Positions 31,117 to 41,125 of a DNA stretch of 64,000 bases are shown piece by piece (the stretch's first letter is position 1; each line of letters begins with the position of its first letter). Origin of the DNA: Psilocybe cubensis (taxonomy: Eukaryota); NCBI GenBank assembly GCA_017499595.2, contig CM039003.1, positions 2,108,001 to 2,172,000 of the forward strand, written 5' to 3'. Both the position numbers and the translations under genes were made by a program. The notes below the pieces were generated by a model. It saw nothing but the letters and a program-made list of their open reading frames with translations, made no database searches and was not told the DNA's origin.

Positions 31117-33671
31117 ATGCACACTGGGGACCTCTATACTGCTTCTTCATCCACCGCCTATCTCGCCTCCAATGCCTCTTGGTCTCACCTCCCCGAACAT
31201 ACCCACCCACGCCCCATCATAGTAGAGCCTCCGTGCGAGAGCGATGAGGACGCCCAGCGCTCCAACCCACACAGGTCCTACAGGGCACAGTCCCTCGATG
31301 TAAACCAAAAGGCAACTGCTGCAATTCTGTCTCAGAACAGCCCCGACGATGCTGGTCCATCTGCCAGGAAAACACCCTCGCCCAGGCCTGCCTCTGTCGC
31401 CGCCTCTCCAGCCGCCCTCTTTCTCTCCTCCTTCCACAGTCCAGTCGTGTCGACTCCAAAGCCAGACGACGAGGGCCAGGTCATCTCAGGCTACACCCTG
31501 GGCGGCATAATAGGCTACGGCAGCTCCTCCATAATCAGACGGGCGACTTCGTCCTCCGGCGCTGTTGCAGCGGTCAAAATCATCCGCCGCTCAGATCTCG
31601 TCAAAGCGGGCAACGCCCCACAGGCGCGAAAGCGGCTGCAGCACGAAGCCGCCGTGTGGGCTTCTCTCAGTCACGAGCACGTCCTCCCGCTCTTTTCCAC
31701 AGTCCACTCCACATACGCCGACTATTTTTTCACTTTGTATTGCCCTGCCGGCTCGCTCTTTGATATCCTCAAGCGCGATGGGAATCCGGCACTCCCTCAG
31801 GACGACACCGGCATGATGTTCAGACAGGTCGTGAGAGGCTTGCGCTATCTGCATGAAGTCGCACGATACGTACATCGCGATCTCAAACTCGAGAATGTCC
31901 TCGTAGATGAAATGGGCGTATGCAAAATTGGGGATTTTGGTATGAGCCGGCGGATAGGCTCATTGGAGGAAGAAGAAGGCGAAGAGCTTGAGCAGCCAGA
32001 GTCGGATCATCCGTTTGCTGAAAACAGCGGTCTACACCGTGCAGTCTCCCTCGCAGCACCTACATCCAGACGACACACAGCGGTGTTCACAACCCACAGT
32101 CACCATCTTGCTCGCCACAACACTACTCGTCATCGAAATTCCACTTCTACCAACGAACCGAGTCATGCTTTTCAGCCAGGTTCGCTTCCGTATGCTGCCC
32201 CGGAACTCCTCTTGACACAAACTTCCGATGCTTTGCGGCCTCACCCCAGTCAAGATATCTGGGCTTTGGGTGTTATGCTATATACATTGTTAACTGGTTC
32301 TTTGCCGTTTTCTGACTCGTTTGAACCCAGGTTGCAAATGAAAATTTTGAATGGTGCGTCCTTCGCCTTTTGATTCCTTTGACTCGCTTGTTGAATTATT
32401 TCAAAGGCACATATCAAGTCCCTTCGGGTATCGGCCGTGGAGCGGAAAGGATCTTGCAAGGCTGCTTAGACCGGTCTGTGGCGAGCAGATGGACGATCGC
32501 TATGGTCGATGACGTTGCCTGGGGCGTCGGCTGGGGATCCGAAGGCGACGATGTGACACCCTCTGACACACCGAAAGAGAGCATCACCCCGCACCCGCCT
32601 TCAAAAGCCCACTCGCGCTCTCGCTCGCGGCCAGGCACCATCCCGATCCCGGACTCGTCACACGACTGCACCTGGGATCATAACAGCAGCGGTGGTGGCG
32701 AGGCGTCGCCGTCTCGGCCGTCATTGGGGACAGCATCGCGGAGATCGGCGTCGAGAGTGCAGCGGTCGCTGTCCCGCGCGCCTGCTCTGACTGACACCTC
32801 CTCGTCTGCACGCAGCGCGAGTCGGAGCGCGTCGCGCCGGCCGCTTGATCCGCTGACGGCTGACGCGTATATGCCTGAGATCATCGCGCCCAGTACGTCT
32901 TCATCGACGGCATCGGAGCCGTACTCGGCCTTTCTCGACGACTCGGCGCTCGATGTCGATGTTGATGTTGACGTTGACGTCGTAGCGTCGCCGGCGGAGT
33001 GCTCTCCGATGCGCAGGGGCCGCAGGCAGAGCAAACACCCGTTCCTGACCTCGCGCTCGCCGAGCTCTAGCGTCGTGCCGACGACGCCGCCGGATGGACA
33101 TCTGGTGTTATCGCCCGACGGCCTCGAGCAGCCTGAGGAGATGCACCTTGATCCTGAGGCGGCGGCGGCGGCGGCGTCTGCGCCGAGAGGGCGGATGGGG
33201 ATGCGGATGGGGAAGAGTGTGGATAGTATGCAGGCGGGGCTTCATCGGGGCGGTGTGGGGCGAGCGAGGGGGAGGAGGGAGAGCTCGTTTGGAGAGGAGG
33301 AGGAGGAGAGCGAGGAGTGGGCGGCGCAGGATATCATTGAGCCTGCTCTATCCTCGAACCGATCAGCAGCGGCGCTATGGCGCTCTTCGCTCCAGCGCGA
33401 TAGCGGTGCGGGTACGTCTGTGTCGGGTGATAAATCCACCCACGGGGAACGATCTGGTACCGGGAGACAGCGCCCGAGCAGCTCGCCGCCTATTGCGGCG
33501 CGGCGGCTGAAGAGCGCAGAGACGTCCGCACATGCACATGCGCAGATGCAAAAGTCGGCGTTGGAGGCGTTTTTGAAGTCGTCTGCGACGCCGGTGCCTG
33601 CGAGCATGGGTATGGGTATGGTTCTCCGGAGTAGGAGCATGGAGACTGGGTCTGGGCGGCGGCAGGTGTGA
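31117..33671 (+). CDS. Ser/Thr protein kinase (CAMK-group-like) with long disordered C-terminal tail
   Basis: IGYGSSS, AAVKII, HRDLKLEN, DFG, GSLPYAAPE, DIWALG. One intron near 32354-32406. Confidence 0.9.
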
Positions 33672-33726
33672 GCTTGCGTGTGCGTGTGCGTGTATATTTT
33701 TTTGGGGTGTTGCCTTTCTGTTTCTA

Positions 33727-33756
33727 CTGCTGCTTCTGCTTCTGCTTCTGCTTCTT
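33727..33756 (+). repeat. (CTGCTT)n microsatellite in kinase 3' region
   Basis: ctgctgcttctgcttctgcttctgcttctt read directly. Confidence 0.7.
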
Positions 33757-34238
33757 GTTTACTGTTTACTGTATCGTATCCTGTGCTTCTGGCTGAAAAA
33801 CTGGGTCTCCCTTTCTCCCTCTTTTTTTTTAATTTCTTGTTTCCTGTGGCATAAACTCATTGTATATCTGCTGCCTGCTGCCTACTGCACCGACATACTC
33901 ACACTCACCTTCTATTTCTTATTTATCACTTTTACTTTTTCACAAATTGTTTCCATATTCCATCACCGTCTTTTTTAGCCCATGTATGATTAGCGTAGTC
34001 TGTTTTGTTTCCATGATCACTCTACTCTATTCTACTCTCTATCATTTCCATTTCTGTTTCCATCGAGATGCCAGCAATTTATTGTATTATTCGATACACA
34101 CACACAATTGTACATACTCCCACAACAAATATTATAAGTGAAAAAGAGAAAAAGAACGAAAATTGGATTGCGATCGTTAGTCAAGCAAAACAAGCAAAAA
34201 GATTTTTTTTTTTGGCGCGGGGTGTTCACTGTTAACAG

Positions 34239-35739
34239 TTAGACTGGAACGGTATCACCGACCATGTTCATATCCGTGTGTTCCTGGATGGACGATTGCA
34301 TCGACCTGATATACTCCGCTCTGCGCTGTGCCGATTTTGCTTGGAGTGCTTCTACTTCAGCTTGTAGTTTTGCCTGTTTTACGAAAAAGGTTTGTTAGAA
34401 AAGTAGCTTGGAGGTGGGAGAGGGGAATGTGTGCATACCGTCTTTTCGTCGATGTCGGATTGGGAGAAGATAGAGTAGGGTCGTACTTTTGGGTCAGTTT
34501 GTATCACGTTTCCTGGGTAGATAAGATAATATTAATTCTACGGCAGGTAAAAAAAAAGAAAAACGCACCGAAGGCGGCTTGATTGAATACATCGTTCATC
34601 CAGTCGTGGTTGCGCTTGTACCGGGCCATCGCGAGCGTGCGCGTCGGGAACAAGTCCATTTCGTCTGTTAAATTTTTTTTGTGGGTGGATTGATTAGGTT
34701 TAGAAGCGTACGGCGTACCTCCTGAATCTTCGTCTTCGACGACACGCTGCTGTGGAGGGCGCTGAGTGACGGGTGACGTGGTAAGCGACGTATGGACAAG
34801 GACGAGGACGAGGACGTACAGCAACTGCAGGGTCAGGCCCGGGCCTCTGGGCTACAGCGGCAGCGGCAGCAGCAGCGCGCTCGCGCTCGCGGCGGCGTTC
34901 GAGCGACTCCATGGTGCTGTTCTGCTGCGCGAGGAGCGCGGCTTGCTGCTGGGTGAAGGACATGCCGCCGACGGCCATGCCCATGGCGGAGGGAGGGAGA
35001 CCGCCTTGGACTGGGTTGCCTGGGTGCATGGGATTCCCTCCCATACCTACACCGACGCTACTGCTGCCGCCGCCGACAGGACCAACTCCGCCGGGATAGA
35101 CTTTTTGCCCAGTCTTTTCGCCGAGGACGTACACGGGTGGTTCGTTGACGGGCATGAGCGGGTACGCACGGACGGGCTGGGACATGAGGGCAGGAGGGAT
35201 TGCTATATAAAAAAAAGACGGAATAAAAGAAAAGCGTGAGCGGATGCATGGAAACGCGACTCACGTGTGGCTGGGCCGCGTGTGTAGTGGACGAGGACGA
35301 GCTGGTGGCCTGTGGTTTTGAGGAGACGGTAGCGGCGGCGGACGCGGGAGGCGGATGTGTCTTGGGAGTTTGGGATGAATCCGCATTTGATCTCGTGTAC
35401 TTCGACTTCCTGGGTGGGGGTGAGCGGGATTTCTAGGGGCTGATGGGGAAGAGAGCTCACGCGCTGTGCGGTGGGGAGGGTGTACTTGACCTCTGGCTCC
35501 TGGTAGCGGATGCCATCGTTGGGAAAGGGCGAGTTGGGTGGGAGAAAGAGGAGGAGAAGGGTGCCGTCTGCAGGCTTGTCTATGTAGCTCCAGGCAAAGG
35601 GAACAGTGGTGGCCATGTGGGCAGCGCGGACAAGGAGATTGATGGCATTGTCATACGTGAGCTCGCGCTGGCTGGGCAGACTCTCCGGGTAGCGCAGACA
35701 GAGACCGTCCTGCTGGGCCTGCTGGAAGGAGGCGGACAT
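34239..35739 (-). CDS. SSR4: SWI/SNF-RSC subunit Ssr4-like protein (DUF1750)
   Basis: PFAWSYIDKPADG...FPNDGIRYQEPE, RVRRRYRL, LVLVHY, and late DEMDLFPTRTLAMARYKRNHDWMNDVF. Confidence 0.75.
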
Positions 35740-35852
35740 GGCGGCTGCTGTGGCTGTGCTGCTGTGGTGCCCGGGGGTGGTATTTGGTTTGACCTGCTAG
35801 ATTCAACAATGGGATTGTATGGGCGGGGAGAGCAGACTGTTGTGTGTATGGG

Positions 35853-36927
35853 ATGCCGTCAGTCGCGAGTTCGACGCCGCTGGATGTTCTCCGGCTCATC
35901 TTCAGCTGTCTGCCCTCGCCGGACCTCGCTGTCTGGTGCCGCGTCAACCGCACCGTCCATCCCGTCGCCAAGGAGGCTCTCTACCGCGCCCTCTATCCAT
36001 CCCGCCGCAATGTCCTCCCTCTCTGTCTCAAGCTCGCCACTGAGCCAGACATCGCCCTCCGCGTCCGCGCTTTCACCATCACCGACGACACCGTAGACAT
36101 GTTCCTCGGCGTCATCGCAGACGCCCTCCTCAAGCTCCCCCGCCTCCGCGCCCTCTTCCTCTTCATCGGCCCCATGTCCTCCTGGATCCTCCCCCGCCCC
36201 GACGCTTGTCCCTTCCAGCTCCACGAGTTCTCCACCAGCTTCTTCTTCGACGAGCCTCTCCAGTCTTTCCTCCAGTCCCAGCGCAGTCTCCTCCACCTCC
36301 GCGTCTCTGCCCCCCGCGATCTCTCCCTCTCGCGCGCCATCCGCCCGCCCATGTTCCCCAACCTCGTCTCCATAGCCGCTCCCATGTCCGTCGTCGAGGC
36401 AGTCATCCCCGGCCGCCCCGTCCGCAATGTCACTTCCTATCACTTTAATCACCATCCCCCGTCTGTTTCCTGCTTTGCCCGCTCAACATCGCCCGCGGGT
36501 GTCCAGCGCCTCATGCTCAACTTTACTTATCTCCAGACTCTTGCGCCTGACCAGCTCGCTGAATTCACTCCCAATCTCAAGTCATTCACTATAGACGCAG
36601 ATGCCATCAAGCCAGATGACTACGAGGTGCGTCTGCCACCACCATTCATCCTCAAAACTCACTCATTCCCTCTAGATGGTAGACCAGTTAACTGAGTGGA
36701 TAGAAGAGTATCTGTCATACGCAAAACATTTAAATTGTCTCATCATCCGCTTTTATCCCGCACTATCCAGTGTCCCCTGTCAAGAGATTGACTTTTCTGA
36801 TATGATCACAAGTATCTTTGCTGCCTCGGTCCATCTCGAGCATGTTATCGTACTATTTAACGGCGTCAAGGCAAAATATGTCTGTAGACAACCACCAGGC
36901 CAAGATTGGTATATTGTCAACGATTAA
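35853..36927 (+). CDS. F-box domain protein
   Basis: N-terminal PLDVLRLIFSCLPSPDLAVWCRVNR...AKEALYR followed by an LRR-like region; one intron. Confidence 0.75.
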
Positions 36928-36964
36928 TCAACTTTTTTCTTGCAAAATAAAGTGTATGACCCTA

Positions 36965-37468
36965 TCAATCCGTGGAGTATACCGTCATAGTAACTTTTAA
37001 ATCTTTCAAAACAGCCTCAGTCTCTTGCCATGGAACACCAAATTTGCCAGAGTTGAACCGACTACAAGACGTTAGCAAGCCACCCCTCTCGAGATGATTC
37101 TACACACACCAAGCATGCAACGGCTTATTCGACACATTCTTTTCCAGCAAATCCATCACCGCCGCCCTTGTCGCAGCCAGAATCTGCGCCGGCGCATCCT
37201 TCCGGCGCCCATACGCGCGCGATGTGAACAGGCACGCGATATCATGCGCGTCGTCTCCCGGAATCAGCAGACACGTCCCGACGAGCGACTCCCCGTGCGC
37301 CTGGCAGTGCGCGCGGTACACGCCGTACGCCGCCGGATAGATATCGCGGAACGCAAGTGCGATCCCGCTGCCCCATGCACCGTGCGTGTTGCATGCGTGC
37401 ACGAGGATGGTACCTGCAGGCGCGCTGAAGAGGGAGGCTTTGATGTGCGAGATGGTGTTGGTGCCCAT
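36965..37468 (-). CDS. POA1: Macro-domain ADP-ribose 1''-phosphate phosphatase (Poa1-like)
   Basis: LVHACNTHGAWGSGIALAF, IACLFTSRAYG and second exon RFNSGKFGVPWQET. Confidence 0.88.
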
Positions 37469-38099
37469 GTCGTGTTAGGATGCCTCGCTCGAGTCACAGT
37501 GTCGTGTGCAAGGTGGCAAGGCCTGCCCTAAGGCTTTGATGGCGTCTTGGGCCGGACTGAACGATCCTACGTCGTGGCTGGTGAGTTCTGCACCTCTAGA
37601 TGGCTTATGGCTCAACTTACATAACTTGACGATAACAGATGTTCTTGAATACGTATACATCTAGTCGTGGTTAATCAAGCTGCCTCCAAACTACGTAGCG
37701 GCTTCTCTCGCTTTGTGTAGGACACGGTTTGCTTCTGGTTCTCGTTAATCAATAGGATGATATTCGTTTCTTGCTCTTTGCTCTTTGCTTGATCGCGTTT
37801 GATCCTTCTAGATCAGAGCATGCCCTGGCCCTTCTGAGTTCTCTACGTACGTACGCGTGACTCCTGCTTCAAGCTTTGGATTTGAGGGTGCATTCATTCA
37901 TTCATTTAAGCCTTCATTCCCATCAAACACGTACCGGTTTTAACACTTCTCTTCAAGAATAGACAGACCGTGTGCCAAAGTCGTCCATCGTCTACCGTCC
38001 CTATCAGCTGGCCTGCCCTAAGGTCTCCCAATCGTTGGCGCCTATTTAACACCCACCCCCCATCTCTCTCTGCTTTCTCCTTGGACTACGGTGTAAGCA

Positions 38100-39220
38100 C
38101 TGTTTCCCCTCATCGGGGCCCTCCTCGTCGTAGGTGGTACGTGACTTTTCTCTGTCTCTGTCTCTCTCTCTTCACATTGGTTAGTCGAAGCTGAACGTAA
38201 ACCTTTCGTAGGTGCTCGTAATGTTGTATTCGGTAGCGGCCAAAGCCACGACCAACACTTAAACACTGAGCAGACTGCCTACACTGAGCAGATGCCGACA
38301 CTCATAATACCACATACTGAGCAACTGCCGACATGAAGCAGATGCAGACACTACGCAACTTAGAAGGTAAGCCAACTGTCACTTATCACTTATCACCACC
38401 ACCTCTATGCACCACGGAACCTCGCGCGCTAACTTTTTCTCTGAGCAGTTTGCCAATATTTACAATAAATATTGAGCAACTGCCGACACTTAGCAACTCG
38501 GGAAGGTAAGCCTCTTCTCACTTATCTCCACCACCACTGTGCACCGCGGAACCTTGCGCGCTAACTTTTACTCTGAGCAGTTGCCGACACTTACACTTAC
38601 ACTTACATTGAGCAACTGCCGACACGAAGCAGATGCCGACACTACGCAACTCAAGGAGGTAAGCCAACTGTCACTTATCACCACTACCACTATGCACCAC
38701 GGAACCTCGCGCGCTAACTTTTCCTCTGAGCAGTTGCCAATATTTACAATAAATATTGAGCAACTGCCGACACTTAGCAACTCAGGAAGGTAAGCCGATT
38801 CTCACTTATCTCCACCACCACTGTGCACCACAGAACCTTGCGCGCCAACTTTTTTCCTCTGAGCAGTTGCAGACATTTACACTTACACTTACACCGAGCA
38901 ACTGCCGCCACGAAGCAGATGCCGACACTACGCAACTCAAGGAGGTAAGCCAACTGTCACTTATCATCACTATGCACCACGGAACCTCGCGCGCTAACTT
39001 TTCCTTTCAGCAGTTGCCGACATTTAGTAAACACTAAATACTGAGCAGACTGCCTACACTGAGCAGCTGCCAAGATTTATCAGCTCAAAAATGTAAGCCA
39101 TCTCCCACCCCTCACCACCACCACCGCTGCCACTATGCACCACGGAACCTCGCACGCTAACCTTTTTCCCTCTCCCCTCTCACCCAGTGGCAACCCAATT
39201 TCGGGCAGAAATCAAATAAC
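38100..39220 (+). pseudogene. Decayed small secreted-peptide gene, copy A, with amplified intron array
   Basis: TATTTAA at 38043, then (CTG)FPLIGALLV|VLVMLYSVAA, then a frameshift to TAA at 38260, followed by six repeated introns. Confidence 0.5.
38320..39187 (+). repeat. Tandem array of six exon+intron units (about 130-170 bp, alternating A/B units)
   Basis: GTAAGC donors at 38367, 38506, 38659, 38790, 38945 and 39093. Each is followed by caccacggaacctcgcgcgCTAAC-like sequence, a pyrimidine tract and CAG. Confidence 0.9.
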
Positions 39221-39645
39221 CCAGGCCACATATTACGTTCATCTCCTCCCGTACCCATCATACCTTCCACGTCATTTAGTGTATTGTCAAAACTTCCTAC
39301 TCTGACTGTGTTAGTTTTGTTTGTGTATGGGTTTTTTTTATGTGTAGGAGACGGGTTTTGGTCCTCTTGTCAATTGATCAAACTGTTTCTTGCTCTTTTT
39401 CGGGTGTGATTGGTACTTTGAGAGATATATAAGGCTGTCTGTGGTATATGTGTGTGGGCCGGTGCTCAGGCCCAGTCACTAGTGAAAAGCTACAATGTAA
39501 AAAATGCGATTGCGCTTCGTTGTGCGTTCAGTAAAATTTTGCCTCCTGCAGCAGGTAAACGTTAAAACTCGCGGGTCCTACATGCACTCTTATCCAGCAA
39601 ATCCCGCCCTGCTGCCCCATGCCGTTTTGGTAAGCCTTTCGCTAA

Positions 39646-41125
39646 ATCGCTCGAGGTAGTTACAGTATCGTGTGCGAGCTGGCAAGGCCTGCCCTAAGGC
39701 ATTGATGGCGTCTACTTGTTGCTCCCTCCTTCACTGGGCCAGACTGGTTCCCTCATCAGAACGATTCTACACCATGGGTGGTGAGTTCTGTACCTCTAAA
39801 CAGCTCAGATGGCTTAACTTACATACCCCAACGATAGCAGATGTTCTTGAAGACGTATACATTTGGTTGTGTGACTAGCGGCTTCTCTTGCGATTGCGAT
39901 TTAATGATGGCGCATGGTAACTCAATATTCTTCATCGTGTTATCGCGCTTTGTGTAGGAAACGGTTTGCTTCTATTTCTCGTCAATTAATAAGATTGGTT
40001 TCCTGCTCTTTGCTCGATATCGTGTGATCATCCTTTCAAATCAGAGCGTGCCCTGGCCCCTCTCTACATGACTCTGTGGCTTTTAGCTTTGAGGGTGTAT
40101 TCATTTAAGCTTTCATTCCGATCAAGCACGTACCGTTTTTAACTCTTCACTCTTCAAGAATAGACAGACCGTGTGCAAAGTCGTCCACTGTCAGCTGGCC
40201 TGCCCTAAGGTCCCCATCGATGGCGTCTATTTAACACCCTGCCCCCACCTCTGCTTTCTCCTTGGCCTGTGTAATACACGGTTCCCCATCCCATCGGGGC
40301 CCTCCTCGTCGTAGGTGGTACGTGACTTTGCCCTCTCTCTCTCTTCTCCCACATTGGTCAGGTCTAAACTGAACGCCAACCTTCTGTAGGTGCTCGTGGT
40401 GTTGTATTCGGTTGTGGCCTTGCCACTGCCGACACTCAGCAGCTCAGAAATGTAAGCCATCTCTCACTTATCACCACATCATCACAGAAACCTCGCGCGC
40501 TAACCTTTTCCCTCTCCCCTCTCATCCAGTGGTATCACCAATTTTCGGGCTGCATCGCACTCCGCCCTTGCCTCTACACCCGTAGACTCGGGCAGACTGC
40601 CATTCTCGTATGTTTTGGGGCCCCACACGTCGATTTCTCGCGGTGTGGGGCCCCAATCCGTCGAGCTTACCTTTCAAATCAAATAACCCAGGCCACATAC
40701 CATATATTATGTTCATCCCCTCCCTTGCCCATCATACCTTTTGCGCTGGTTAGTGTATTGTCAAGCCTCCTGCTCTGACTGTGCTAGTTTTGTTTGGGTA
40801 TCGGTTTTTTTCATGTGTAGGAGACAGGTTTTGGTCCTCTTGTCAATTGATCAAACTGTTTCTTGCTCTTTTTCTTGTGTGATTGGTACTTTGAGAGAGA
40901 GATAAGGCTGTCTGTGGTGTGTATGTGTGGTGCCAGTGCTCAGCTCAGTTCCATGTTGCCAGCCACTGGTGAAAAGTCACAATGTGCAAGAAATGTGTTT
41001 TATTGTTGTAAAAACAATTTGCTGACATGTGGGATACGAAAATTTGCATCTCCCATTGCGCATCGTTGTGCTTTCAATCAAATGTCGCCTCCTTCAGCAG
41101 GTAAACACCGCAGGTCCTACATGCG
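39646..41125. repeat. Segmental tandem duplication, copy B
   Basis: Collinear with copy A. It has one intron where A has six, and ends in the real last exon of the Lys-AA9 gene. Confidence 0.92.
40278..40686 (+). other. Candidate three-exon small secreted peptide (83 codons) lacking ATG, copy B
   Basis: Exons 40278-40310, 40390-40451 and 40530-40686 join into one open frame, (ACG)VPHPIGALLVVLVVLYSVVA-LPLPTLSSSEIG...FQIK*. TATTTAA at 40228. Confidence 0.5.

Larger units (their letters stand above)
37483..39587. repeat. Segmental tandem duplication, copy A (POA1 upstream region to AA9 last-exon remnant)
   Basis: Long shared blocks with 39646-41125, e.g. ggcaaggcctgccctaagg, tcttcaagaatagacagaccgtgtg, catcggggccctcctcgtcgtaggtggtacgtgac, ggttttggtcctcttgtcaattgatcaaactgtttcttgctcttttt and cagcaggtaaac. 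Confidence 0.92.

Noticed and set aside
34766-36455. Long antisense/overlapping ORFs over SSR4 and the F-box gene (also over HUT1 and the kinase)
   Set aside because: Expected by-product of GC-rich codon usage; the translations are low-complexity and show no recognisable domain.
38539-39037. Repeated ORFs (…EQLPTLTLTLTLSNCRHEADADTTQLKE…) as a RiPP/KEX2-processed peptide precursor
   Set aside because: The ORFs read through intron sequence, lack KR/RR cleavage sites, and the spliced exons do not hold one frame. No tailoring enzymes are nearby.
38320-39187. Regular repeat-spacer pattern resembling a CRISPR array
   Set aside because: Eukaryotic context with no cas genes. The 'spacers' are themselves repeated, and the units carry spliceosomal intron signals.
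37483-41125. Direct repeats as LTRs of a retrotransposon
   Set aside because: No TG...CA termini, internal gag/pol or target-site duplication seen. The copies are adjacent and include host gene fragments.
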